Positions 18,858 through 27,965 of a DNA stretch of 41,841 bases are shown piece after piece; positions within the stretch are counted from its first letter, which is position 1; every line of letters starts with the position of its first letter. Made by a program: the position numbers and the translations under genes. Source of the stretch: Bdellovibrionota bacterium (GTDB lineage Bacteria; JAGRBM01); NCBI GenBank assembly GCA_040758475.1, contig JBFLVN010000003.1, positions 1 through 41,841 on the forward strand. The letters are read 5' to 3'. Below the pieces are notes generated by a model. That model did no database searches. It had not been told where the DNA came from and was given only the letters and a program-made list of their open reading frames with translations.

Positions 18858-20354
18858 GTGAACGACCTTCACCTGTTCGCCATCTATCCGCAAATCACCC
18901 TGGGCCTCGGGGCCCTTCTGGTCCTTGGCGAAGGGCTCGTCTTCGGGAAGAACCGGCACGGCCTTTTCCTCATTACGACTCTCGTGGCGGCCACCTTCTC
19001 CCTGGCTTTCACCATTCTTTCCTGGAAAACGACGGCCAATGCCTTCGCCGGGGCGGTCATCCTCGATCCCACCGTATCGGCCCTGCTCGCTATCGTTTCC
19101 GTGTGCACCCTCCTCGGTGCTCTCTGCTCCCCGGCTTACGCTAACCGGCACGGCTTTGAACCGGCCAACTACTACACCCTTTTGCTCTTCTCTGCCTGCG
19201 GCATGGCGTTCCTGGTTTCCTCGAACGATCTCGCCATGGCCTTCGTCTCCCTCGAAACCCTTTCCGTGTGCGTCTACGCCCTTACCGGCTACCGGACCCG
19301 GCAGGACGCTTCGACTGAAGGAGCGGTCAAATACTTCCTCCTCGGCGCCTTCGCGACGGGATTCCTCCTTTATGGGATTTCGTTCCTCTACGGGGCCACG
19401 GGAAGCACCAATTTTTCCGAAATCGCCACCCGTTTTGCCGCCGGGAACATGGGCCCCGAATCCAAATTCGCCGTGATCGGCGTGGGCCTTCTCCTCGTGG
19501 GGCTTTCCTTCAAGGTGGGCGCCGTCCCGTTCCACATGTGGGTGCCGGACGTCTACCAGGGGGCACCGACACCCATAACGGCGTTCATGTCCGTGGCCGT
19601 GAAAGCGTCCGCCTTTGGGTTTTTGGTCCGCCTCCTCCCCCACACGCTCATGGGCCTCTCGGATTCCTGGGTGCCGATCCTCTCGGCTCTCGCGCTTCTG
19701 ACGATGATCGGGGGAAATCTCCTGGCCCTGGCGCAGCGGAACCTCAAGCGTCTGCTCGCTTATTCGAGCGTCGCCCACGCCGGTTATCTTTTGCTTGGCG
19801 TCGCAAGCGCCTCAAAGCTTCCCGATCAGGCCGACGCGGCCATTCTCTACTATCTTCTCGTCTACAGCTTCATGAACGTGGGGGCTTTTGCGGTTCTTCT
19901 GACCCTCAACTCTCCGGCAAGGGAGCGGAACAATCTCTCCGATCTCGCCGGATTATCCGAAAGCCACCCCCTCCTGGCCGCGCTTCTTTCCCTTTTCATG
20001 CTGGCGTTGGCGGGAATCCCTCCGACCGGGGGATTTACCGCCAAGTTCTATCTCTTCGGGGCCGCCCTGCGGGCGGGATACACGACGCTCGCGGTCCTCG
20101 GTATTCTCTCGTCCGTCATTGGGGCGTTTTACTACCTGCGGGTCGTCGTGGCCCTCTACATGGAATCCCCCACCCGACCGGTTAGTAACGATCCAGCCGC
20201 CTCTGCCATGGCTCCCCGCGGCCTAGCCCTCGCCTTCGCCGTCCTTCTTTGCGCGGTCCTCAGCGTGGAACTGGGGCTCCAATCCCTCCCGGGGCTTGGC
20301 ATCTTCCCGAGCTACCTCGAAGGGCTTACCGACTTCCTCGTCGCAACGCGATAA
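18858..20354 (+). CDS. nuoN: NADH-quinone oxidoreductase subunit N (module 2)
   Basis: EGAVKYF, FKVGAVPFHMWVPDVYQGAP and KRLLAYSSVAHAGY motifs. GTG start with AGGA RBS. Confidence 0.96.
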   Translation: MNDLHLFAIYPQITLGLGALLVLGEGLVFGKNRHGLFLITTLVAATFSLAFTILSWKTTANAFAGAVILDPTVSALLAIVSVCTLLGALCSPAYANRHGFEPANYYTLLLFSACGMAFLVSSNDLAMAFVSLETLSVCVYALTGYRTRQDASTEGAVKYFLLGAFATGFLLYGISFLYGATGSTNFSEIATRFAAGNMGPESKFAVIGVGLLLVGLSFKVGAVPFHMWVPDVYQGAPTPITAFMSVAVKASAFGFLVRLLPHTLMGLSDSWVPILSALALLTMIGGNLLALAQRNLKRLLAYSSVAHAGYLLLGVASASKLPDQADAAILYYLLVYSFMNVGAFAVLLTLNSPARERNNLSDLAGLSESHPLLAALLSLFMLALAGIPPTGGFTAKFYLFGAALRAGYTTLAVLGILSSVIGAFYYLRVVVALYMESPTRPVSNDPAASAMAPRGLALAFAVLLCAVLSVELGLQSLPGLGIFPSYLEGLTDFLVATR

Positions 20355-20385
20355 GCCAGAAACGCCCTCTCTTTGTGAAACCCCG

Positions 20386-20413
20386 AAAAACAACGGACCC
20401 CTTTCGGGGCCCG
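20386..20413 (-). terminator. Rho-independent terminator for the pilY1 operon
   Basis: The minus strand reads CGGGCCCC-GAAA-GGGGTCCG-TTGTTTTT: an 8-bp stem with one G.U pair, a GNRA loop and a U-tract, about 33 nt after the pilY1 stop. Confidence 0.75.
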
Positions 20414-20446
20414 CTGGAGGAAGGAGATTTCCGGGAAAAGCCGATG

Positions 20447-23400
20447 TCAATTGGTACCCTGCAACTCACCCACGCCAAAGACGTCTACCCAGTGGAGGAT
20501 GCGCCGGTCGCGGGCAATCTCGCTAATCTTGCCAGTGCCAAACGACTCGTTGCCATCCTTGCTCGTGGCGCGGACGGTCATGGGGCGGCCGTCCGGCCCG
20601 AGGATCAGCGGCGGCGAGGGCTTGTCGCCTTCCACAATTTCCAAGACATCGAAACTGCTCTGGCCCGGTTCCGGAACCAGACCACAGCAAACCGCCGGTC
20701 CGGCGATAAAGCGGCTGCTGCCGTTGGAGCATCCCGCGGCGCCCGGGCGGTAAGTGGTCACGAAAAAGCGGCCGTTAATGATAAGCGGGGTCGACAAGAT
20801 TTTTTCCCCTTGCTCCGGCAAGGCGAATGGGAATTTGTCATCGATCGCCTCGCCCAGGGCACGGAAGCTGGAATCGGTGCTGTTTTTCATTTCATCGCAC
20901 GTAAAATCCCTCGCGACGTCATCCGGATCGGTGAAACCGCAAGAGCTGGCGTCGGGATCGTTGATAGCGAAAAGGTAATCCTGAGACGTTGTATTATTCG
21001 GATCCGTCAAATCACCCGTGCCCCAGATCAAATTGACGAAACCGTTACAATCGAAGGTCGCCGCCGGGGCATAAGAAATGGGGCGCCGGAAAGTCTCCCC
21101 GCCTTGGTCGACGAAGGCGACGGCCGGATCGAACAACAAGCAGGGAGAAGCGGGCTTGCCGCCATCGTCCCCGGCTCCCTGAACGGGATTCCCTTCCGCG
21201 TTGGTACGCCAATCGTTGACGTCCGGGCTGTACGTCAATATCTTCCAAAGCCGTCCTTCCATGTCGCCGAAAATCACGTTGTCGATCGTTCCGTCCGTCC
21301 CACGATCGAGGGCCAGCAGGTCCCCCGGTACGGAATTGTGTTTGTGCCGGATGTCGTCGGGATTGTTCGGATCGCCATTCGGATCGTCGAAGAGCTTGAC
21401 GTTCTGAACCAAGCGGCCCGTTTCGACGTCGTAGAACAATATCCAATTCCCGATCCCCGGTTGGCCGGAATCGTCCCCGACGGTATCCGTGGCCGGCAGA
21501 ATCTCGTTACCGCTCGAGTCAACACACTCGAGTTCGCCATTGCCGTCCAGATCGATGTAATCGAAACAGGCCGCCGGATTGACGGCGATCGGGTCGCCGT
21601 CGGAACGGGTCCCGTTGAATCCGGCGCCCGTGGCCATCAGCCAGCGGGTGGCGGGGTCCGCGCCATCCCAAAAGATCCGGTACGTTCCCAGATTGGGCTT
21701 GGAGAAAGTCCGGCCCATGGCAGGATGGGTCACCTGCCAGAGAAGCTCCGGCTGCGTGGGATCGGTGATCTTCAAGGCGACGTAACTGAACCCACCGGAC
21801 CGCTGACCGAAGATCAGGACCGTCTCGAAGCTGTCGCTATCCCGGAAATAGACCGTCTGCGCCGTGGGGCTGCCGTCCACGGTAAAGACGACACCGCTCG
21901 GCAGGGACGGTATGCGCAAGATGGCCTCGTAAGGCATAAAGCCCCAGATTTCATCCCCCTGCTCCGGAGCACCCTCGGGGTCGCTGAGGTAAAACGCGTG
22001 CATGAAGCCGTCCTGGGCCCCGACGAAAATGACGTCCGGGTCGGCCGCCCTCTGGTTAATGAAATCGAAATACTTATCGCCCGCCCCTACCCGGAAATCG
22101 AAAAATGGCGGCTCCATAATCGCGGGAGTCGAATTGACGATCGGCCCCAGAGACCATTTTTTCGGGGAGCCGTTGGAAAACGTAATCGTTTCCGCTGTTC
22201 CGTCCTCGTCCCGGATAAATTGAATGAGGCGGGTAATATCGAAATCGGTGGTGCTGGAGGTCGACACGGGGATACTGGTTATCGACGAGATGTCGTTGCC
22301 AGCGGCGGAAATCGTGAAATCCTTGACACCCAGCACAGGGGAAGGAGGGATGGGAGGAGGGTCGAGAATCGCCCCCTTCGAAGGATCGTTCGCGTCGACG
22401 GGGGGAGCCTGGAAGGGCTCGTCGAGAGCCACATAGAGCCGGCGGCCGCCGGTTTTCGCCGTCAATATTTCTCCAGCATCAAATACGTCTTGGGGAATCG
22501 TGCCGCTTCCCGCGGCATCGTTAATGGCCTCGAACGTGAAACCCTGCAAATGGCCGCGCCACCAGATTTCGCCCGGCACGACCTCGAAATACCCGTCGAT
22601 CTCCAGGTTTTCGGAAAAATTCGAAGAGGTCGCTACGAAAGCCGGTTCCGCCCGCGTGTGAGAACCCTCAATGGCGCATCCAACGGCGCGCCGCAAGCCT
22701 TCGCGGAGGGCGTCGGCATCCGTGCCGAGGTACGCTTCGCCACCGTCTCCGTTGGGCTTGCAGTCGTCGGTCGCATCGGGAGTGGCGTCCGTTCCGCCGT
22801 ACCGGCCCCACTGGTTGCCTTCAAAAACCAGCCGGTTGGGCTCCACGTCCGGGCCACCGTAGCAATAGGAAGAGCTGTTGGAGTTCGTCTCGGCCGGATC
22901 GCAAGGGGCGAAGAGCGCGACGAACGTGGGAATTCCGCGGAAATCCACCTTCTCTGGCTCCGTAAAGTCCGAGGCCAGATATTGGCTCCGCCGAATGGCC
23001 GATGCGATAGCCTGACGACGAAGATGCTGTTCGGTCACATCCCTTGGAACGCCGGGGCCCGGAAGGTTGCCCGTGGGACAAACGCCCGCGCAACCCCATC
23101 CGCTCGTCTCCTCGCCGTCGGTCAAGAGAATGATGAACGTCCGGCGGCACGCGAAAGATGGATCGCATCCCGCGTTGCCCGGACAAGGCTTGATAGCGGG
23201 CGCGCTAAATTGGTTGAGGCAAAGGTTCGAGTATGAAGCGCGCACTTGCCCGGCAATGAGAGGGATGTCTGAATCCTCGGGAATGCTCGCCACGTCCGCC
23301 AGAGCCGAGTTCATGGCCGAAGAACCGATGATCCAGCACCCCGCGTCCCGCATGGCTTGGCCCGTGGGCGTCCCGCCATTAGCGCTCTGGGCGAGAATGG

Positions 23401-24223
23401 TGGACTCGAGGCCCGGATTGTCGTCGTTGCTGAACGTCGTAGTCCCTTGACCATTTGGAAAGTTGAGAGCCGAAGTGCCACTGTTCGGAGAGCCGCTGTA
23501 GACGCCGACGGCGAAATTAACGAGGGACCCGAAGACGTCGATGATGCCGTCCAGCGAATCCGTACTATCAGACGGAAGATAGGGCTGCACGAGATAAGGC
23601 TGGGACAAAGGAGCGGTCGTTATCCTGTCGTAACACCGGCGGGTCGAGTTGTTGCCCGGCCGATAATAAATCCAGTTATTGCTAGTGCAATAAGACGACG
23701 TGCAAGAACTATTTGGACCGCACTTGAGCGTTCCAAAGCACAGGCCGCCAGCGGATCCGCCGGGGCACGAACTCGTTTTCTCGCAAAGTCCCAAAGACGC
23801 ATTGTAGGAGTAGGTCGAGGGGCACGCGCGGCATTCGGCGGGGGTGGGGGGGCTCGTGTAGGTGTACCCCGCGGCACATCCCCGGCACTCGCCCGGAGGA
23901 TCGAAATTCGAATACCCGGCGGGGCAACTCTGGCTTTGGCTACCCGTCCCGTACCGTCCCGTCAGAATCTTCTTGGCTGCCTTGAGCCGGGTCCGCATCT
24001 GGCCGTCCATCACCTGAAAATCCCAATTCATGCTCCCCGACGTATCGATGACGAAGAAGATGTTGGGCTCCACTTCCGTGCTGGCGTAAAAAGGCACCTC
24101 CGCCTGGGCCCCAGCGTCGCGCGGGAAACAGGCGATGGCAAAACCCGCCAAAAGCCAGAGGAACGCCCAGGAGCCCGGGAACCAGTTCGTGAATCTCCAA
24201 GTGGCCGTTTCATGCTTCTTCAT
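20447..24223 (-). CDS. pilY1: PilY1/PilC-family type IV pilus tip adhesin with N-terminal vWA domain
   Basis: Signal-peptide-like N-terminus. MIDAS motif FVIDTSGSM, GGTP and ILLTDG. Propeller motifs LGPIVNSTP, FVGAQDGFMHAF, EIWGFMP, FTVDGSP and DGTIDNVIFGDMEGRLWK. Follows the minor pilins. Confidence 0.9.
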   Translation of the reverse strand: MKKHETATWRFTNWFPGSWAFLWLLAGFAIACFPRDAGAQAEVPFYASTEVEPNIFFVIDTSGSMNWDFQVMDGQMRTRLKAAKKILTGRYGTGSQSQSCPAGYSNFDPPGECRGCAAGYTYTSPPTPAECRACPSTYSYNASLGLCEKTSSCPGGSAGGLCFGTLKCGPNSSCTSSYCTSNNWIYYRPGNNSTRRCYDRITTAPLSQPYLVQPYLPSDSTDSLDGIIDVFGSLVNFAVGVYSGSPNSGTSALNFPNGQGTTTFSNDDNPGLESTILAQSANGGTPTGQAMRDAGCWIIGSSAMNSALADVASIPEDSDIPLIAGQVRASYSNLCLNQFSAPAIKPCPGNAGCDPSFACRRTFIILLTDGEETSGWGCAGVCPTGNLPGPGVPRDVTEQHLRRQAIASAIRRSQYLASDFTEPEKVDFRGIPTFVALFAPCDPAETNSNSSSYCYGGPDVEPNRLVFEGNQWGRYGGTDATPDATDDCKPNGDGGEAYLGTDADALREGLRRAVGCAIEGSHTRAEPAFVATSSNFSENLEIDGYFEVVPGEIWWRGHLQGFTFEAINDAAGSGTIPQDVFDAGEILTAKTGGRRLYVALDEPFQAPPVDANDPSKGAILDPPPIPPSPVLGVKDFTISAAGNDISSITSIPVSTSSTTDFDITRLIQFIRDEDGTAETITFSNGSPKKWSLGPIVNSTPAIMEPPFFDFRVGAGDKYFDFINQRAADPDVIFVGAQDGFMHAFYLSDPEGAPEQGDEIWGFMPYEAILRIPSLPSGVVFTVDGSPTAQTVYFRDSDSFETVLIFGQRSGGFSYVALKITDPTQPELLWQVTHPAMGRTFSKPNLGTYRIFWDGADPATRWLMATGAGFNGTRSDGDPIAVNPAACFDYIDLDGNGELECVDSSGNEILPATDTVGDDSGQPGIGNWILFYDVETGRLVQNVKLFDDPNGDPNNPDDIRHKHNSVPGDLLALDRGTDGTIDNVIFGDMEGRLWKILTYSPDVNDWRTNAEGNPVQGAGDDGGKPASPCLLFDPAVAFVDQGGETFRRPISYAPAATFDCNGFVNLIWGTGDLTDPNNTTSQDYLFAINDPDASSCGFTDPDDVARDFTCDEMKNSTDSSFRALGEAIDDKFPFALPEQGEKILSTPLIINGRFFVTTYRPGAAGCSNGSSRFIAGPAVCCGLVPEPGQSSFDVLEIVEGDKPSPPLILGPDGRPMTVRATSKDGNESFGTGKISEIARDRRILHWVDVFGVGELQGTN

Positions 24224-24256
24224 AAACCGATCTCCATTCCTCGACTTAAAGATGAA

Positions 24257-24925
24257 TCAACGTACGTTGCCCCGGCCTTTGCCTGCGATCACCGCTTCAA
24301 CTTCCGAAATATCAATATAATGATTCAAATACCGGGAAGAACACACAGGCAGGTCCGCAACCACGATGCGCACCCCGAAATACCGCTTGTCCGTTTGGGG
24401 GTCGGTTCCGGCCTGCTGCCCGACGATGGAGCCGAGAGGAGTAAAAGGCGTGTGCGCCGCCATGGCGATGGCACGGGTCGTCCGGCACTCGATATCCGGA
24501 TCGGGGGGCGTACCCGGAGGATAAGTGTATATAGCGTCGGCCCCCACGCAGGGGGGGCGCGTGAAAGGACTTATGCAGTTCATGTCGTCATTCGGCAATG
24601 AGGCGTCAAAATTGACCCATGCCACGCCCATTGTGTTACACGGCTCAGACGAATCGTCTGAGTAGACCCTGTCCGATACCTTCATGATTGTTCTCGCATC
24701 CAATTGCTCCATGACGTACCGCGCCACCTGGTCCATGCAATTGGCCCGCGCGAGGGAGTGAGCGCTGGCCCTGGCAGCGGCCATTTCCACGCCACTGCTC
24801 GAAAGGCCGGCCATGGCGAGAGCGCTGATCGCCGCAAGGCAGAGCACCGCGATGATCAGGGCGATGCCGCGGTCACCGATATGGAAGCAGTTGGAATGAA
24901 ATTTTTTTAGAAATGGCGAGTTCAT
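24257..24925 (-). CDS. pilX: PilX-like minor pilin
   Basis: RG|IALIIAVLCL prepilin-like N-terminus lacking Glu5, as typical of PilX/GspK. Lies between pilW and pilY1. Confidence 0.8.
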   Translation of the reverse strand: MNSPFLKKFHSNCFHIGDRGIALIIAVLCLAAISALAMAGLSSSGVEMAAARASAHSLARANCMDQVARYVMEQLDARTIMKVSDRVYSDDSSEPCNTMGVAWVNFDASLPNDDMNCISPFTRPPCVGADAIYTYPPGTPPDPDIECRTTRAIAMAAHTPFTPLGSIVGQQAGTDPQTDKRYFGVRIVVADLPVCSSRYLNHYIDISEVEAVIAGKGRGNVR

Positions 24926-24936
24926 AGAATGCTCCG

Positions 24937-26466
24937 CTATTGGATGAATTGAACGTTCTGCTCCAGTGGCTGATAAGAGGTGTTCATGTTCCGAAGGGCA
25001 AAATACTGCCGGACGATCCTGCGAAAGCGTTTTCCATCTTTGTCATCGGGAGGGTAGACGTCGCGATTTCCTATTTTGACGAGTTCGTTCTTAGCCCCCG
25101 TATCGTCGCTGTAGAAACTTCCATAATCCACGAATGCGGATGCGCGCAGGGAGAGACGGATGCCTTTCAAATAATTACCAATGGGAACATTCTCGGCGCA
25201 CCAAAGCCCCTCGCAAGCGTGAGCGGGGAGCGTGCCATTGAGCAAATCGTCCCGTCCCCGCATCCCGACCGCCTGCGGATTGTCCTCGGAAAAGTTTATC
25301 TTGGAGGCGGGGTCATCTTTAAAATAATACTCGACCTGAAAATCCTCCACGTCTTCCGATAAAATCTGCGCGTCTTGGTTGAGCGTCGTCGGCGGGGCCG
25401 TGTAGGTAAGCGTCGCGAGAGCCGGCCTCTTCAACGTCGCCGGAAGGATCCCGTCACCGGGATTGGTGATGAACAGCGTCTGCATTTCGACCAGCATGGC
25501 TGTAAAACATCCATTAATTGGTTCGTTCGTCGTGGCACGCGGAATGCAACCCAAGGTAGCATTACCCCTACCATATCTCTCTATAGAGGCCGCATCCTTC
25601 CGTAACTGGTATGTGCGCTGAAGGTTGCCCTGTTCCGCATCCGGATAATAGCGAGTGTACCCCGACACCAGAGAGAGCGACTGAAGCCACCGGTTGAAAG
25701 GGTTTTGAGGTTCCTCGGTATAATTCACAAGATACATGAAACTGTTTCCCGGAGCAGCGAAGAGAATAGGCTTGCCTCTTACACGGACCATCTCGTATTG
25801 GGAACACTCTCCTTTTTCGCCTTGCTCGTTTATGGCTACACAGCTTAGAGAATCAGGGGTTTTGATAAGAAGGAGAGCATTGTCCCAGAGTTCCTCTCCG
25901 GCAGGCTCCCAGTTTCCCGGCGCAAGGGGGCTCGGCTCGACAGAAGAAAAGTATCCCGAGAAGAAAGGGTACGGCTTCCCGGGGGGAACAGCACCGCGGG
26001 TCGCATCTTGCAATTTGAAATCCAAGAGAATCTGATGGGCGTTCCGGTCGTCCCAGACAACCCGCGCCAAGCGGTTGTGCTTGCTGAAAACGAAAGTCAG
26101 TTGATCGGGCTTGGTCAATCCGCCATCGCTAGTCCCGCCCGCAAGAATGCTCAAAGCCCCGTTCCCTCCGTAAGTGGACGTCACGTCCAACGGAATAAGG
26201 GCGTATCCCGGAGAAGAAGAAGGCCGATTTGGCGAAAACAACTGCCCCGCCCCCATCCGGGAAACGTTGACCCCCGCGTACTCCATGGCGAGGCGTGCCG
26301 TTTGGTTCACATCCGAAATACGGCGCGAGGCCTTCGCCGCCGAATGCATCCACTGCCCCATGAATCCGGCCGCCGCGGCCATGAAAATGGAAAAAACCCC
26401 CAAGCTCACCATGAGTTCAAGAAGGGTGAATCCAGCTTCTTGTCTTCGCAACCACTTCGTAAACAC
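24937..26466 (-). CDS. pilW: PilW-like minor pilin (large, 509 aa)
   Basis: AG|FTLLELMV class III signal, C-terminal ILSEDVEDFQVEY...IRLSL...FALRN pattern, and operon position. Confidence 0.82.
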   Translation of the reverse strand: MFTKWLRRQEAGFTLLELMVSLGVFSIFMAAAAGFMGQWMHSAAKASRRISDVNQTARLAMEYAGVNVSRMGAGQLFSPNRPSSSPGYALIPLDVTSTYGGNGALSILAGGTSDGGLTKPDQLTFVFSKHNRLARVVWDDRNAHQILLDFKLQDATRGAVPPGKPYPFFSGYFSSVEPSPLAPGNWEPAGEELWDNALLLIKTPDSLSCVAINEQGEKGECSQYEMVRVRGKPILFAAPGNSFMYLVNYTEEPQNPFNRWLQSLSLVSGYTRYYPDAEQGNLQRTYQLRKDAASIERYGRGNATLGCIPRATTNEPINGCFTAMLVEMQTLFITNPGDGILPATLKRPALATLTYTAPPTTLNQDAQILSEDVEDFQVEYYFKDDPASKINFSEDNPQAVGMRGRDDLLNGTLPAHACEGLWCAENVPIGNYLKGIRLSLRASAFVDYGSFYSDDTGAKNELVKIGNRDVYPPDDKDGKRFRRIVRQYFALRNMNTSYQPLEQNVQFIQ

Positions 26467-26497
26467 GGCTTGGTTCTCCCTTTTCGTTCCAATGGGC

Positions 26498-27109
26498 CTA
26501 CTGGCAACCGACCACGCACCGGTCCATCACCATGACGTTGATGGGCTGCGTGCTGATAATCTGGTATTCCCCTCCCGCGGGGTTGACGTCCTGAACGAGG
26601 AAAGCGTTGCCCACCATCCGGTAACCGTTGGGCATGCGCACGTCCGTTTGCGCGCCCGCACGCCTTCCAACCGGGCAAAAAGCGAATAAATTGTACTGAA
26701 TGATGACACCCTCACCGCTCGGAGGAGAAACATTCTCGATGCTCTCCGGATTGGCGAGAATCTTTTTGAGGCTGCCCCCACCGTCTGGCTTGGTGATGTC
26801 TCCCACCGTAAGAGGGGTCAGATCACCGGTTACTCCCAAGCAGCTTGGAAACGGCGGGAATTCGCCGGGTATTTCGTCCCGGCCCATGCCCTGAAGGCGC
26901 TCGATCCAATCCCCTACCAGGGGGACCATGATGCTCGCCTTATAGGCCCGGTTGTTCTGCCGATGGGCGGTAACATGAGCAAGGGTCGCGGACAGAGCGC
27001 CGACGCCAAGAAGGGCGATGGCGAGCATAACCTCGATCAAAGTGAATCCGCCCTGACGGGCGCCATCCGGGCACCGGGGGTCTCGTTGAAAGGAGCAGTT
27101 CATGTTCAC
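26498..27109 (-). CDS. pilV: PilV-like minor pilin
   Basis: GG|FTLIEVMLAIALLGVGAL class III signal and operon position. Confidence 0.78.
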   Translation of the reverse strand: MNMNCSFQRDPRCPDGARQGGFTLIEVMLAIALLGVGALSATLAHVTAHRQNNRAYKASIMVPLVGDWIERLQGMGRDEIPGEFPPFPSCLGVTGDLTPLTVGDITKPDGGGSLKKILANPESIENVSPPSGEGVIIQYNLFAFCPVGRRAGAQTDVRMPNGYRMVGNAFLVQDVNPAGGEYQIISTQPINVMVMDRCVVGCQ

Positions 27110-27134
27110 ATCTCCACCAAACCAGCCAGGCGGG

Positions 27135-27782
27135 TCACGTGCCTACCGGCTGCCAATTGTCCCCGCTGATTTTCCAAAGAAGGGGTTTGCCGATGGTCCG
27201 CAAGATGATGGCCCGGGCTTTTTCCATTCCCAAGTCGCCGCCGCCAGCCACCCCATAGTCATCGACGTACCGGATGTAGACCGTATCCGTTGCGGCGTTC
27301 ATCGATTTGGAGGGAAGGCCCTGTGCATTGAAACGAATGGAATCGCCGGCGAGAGTCACCCCATCCGGAGCAATGTCATGATAGGCCCCGCCCGTGGCCG
27401 GGGGCCCATTCGGCGTTCGTACACCAAATTCGCAGTATTTCCATGTGCTAGTAACGCAATCCCCATTCGAACGGGTATAAGAATATGTCCGGGGGGAATA
27501 GGAGGGTCTGTCCCAAAAAGTCGCTCCACAGTTCTCGCTGCCCACGAACACGCCAGTCGAAACGCCCACAGCTTTCGCGGAGCTGGCCGAAAGGACCAAA
27601 ACGTTGTAAAAAGTCCTCGAACAGTCAGCCACCCGCCACTCGGCGTTGGTTCCTCGTCCAAAGCCGACTGCGGCGACTGCCACCATCACTCCGATGATGC
27701 CCACCACGGTCATCAATTCGATGAGGGTAAACCCCCGTTCCCGAGCCAAGCGATCATTTCTCGAGTGATCCAGGGAAATCAT
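27135..27782 (-). CDS. fimT: FimT/FimU-like minor pilin
   Basis: RG|FTLIELMTVVGIIG class III signal and IRFNAQGLP (GspH/FimT-like motif). GGGAG RBS; first gene of the operon. Confidence 0.75.
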   Translation of the reverse strand: MISLDHSRNDRLARERGFTLIELMTVVGIIGVMVAVAAVGFGRGTNAEWRVADCSRTFYNVLVLSASSAKAVGVSTGVFVGSENCGATFWDRPSYSPRTYSYTRSNGDCVTSTWKYCEFGVRTPNGPPATGGAYHDIAPDGVTLAGDSIRFNAQGLPSKSMNAATDTVYIRYVDDYGVAGGGDLGMEKARAIILRTIGKPLLWKISGDNWQPVGT

Positions 27783-27812
27783 GGAAATCTGCTCCCGAGC
27801 AACCTGTTTTTA

Positions 27813-27828
27813 CGCAAGTCCCGTTCCG
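27813..27828 (-). promoter_or_regulatory. Sigma-54 (-24/-12) promoter
   Basis: The minus strand reads CGGAAC-GGGAC-TTGCG, with exact GG-N10-GC spacing, 30 nt upstream of the fimT ATG and next to a sigma-54 activator gene. Confidence 0.75.
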
Positions 27829-27844
27829 CGGCATTAAAAACTAT

Positions 27845-27868
27845 TAATACATTGAAATCATTAGGTTT
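27845..27868. promoter_or_regulatory. Putative IHF binding site(s)
   Basis: AT-rich tract TAATACATTGAAATCATTAGGTTT contains two opposed near-matches to WATCAANNNNTTR, just upstream of the -24 element. Confidence 0.5.
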
Positions 27869-27940
27869 TTTGAATTAATTAGCATCTTGACACGCCGCAT
27901 AATCTCGAAAAAACCGCATTTCTTAAAGGGCATCTATCGT

Positions 27941-27965
27941 TAACCCCGCAATTTTTGCGGGGTTA
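27941..27965. promoter_or_regulatory. Perfect 11-bp inverted repeat: candidate enhancer (UAS) or pilR 3' hairpin
   Basis: TAACCCCGCAA-TTT-TTGCGGGGTTA overlaps the pilR stop and lies about 115-140 nt upstream of the -24 element. Confidence 0.5.

Noticed and set aside
1048-19778. Many long overlapping or antisense ORFs across the nuo genes (e.g. 1048-3117, 3514-5208, 15413-16993, 18240-19778)
   Set aside because: These are shadow frames of well-supported nuo genes in GC-rich DNA, with no recognisable domains.
20381-20409. Alternative hairpin CCCCGAAA/TTTCGGGG as an antiterminator
   Set aside because: On the pilY1 transcript most of the competing arm is made only after the U-tract, so it cannot pre-empt termination.
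20249-23236. 995-aa ORF on the + strand
   Set aside because: It is the antisense shadow of pilY1. The Arg/Gly/Val-rich sequence has no motifs, as expected from GC-biased codon usage.
27887-27903. TTGACA followed by CATAAT on the + strand as a sigma-70 promoter
   Set aside because: The spacing is only 5 nt and it would point antisense into pilR.
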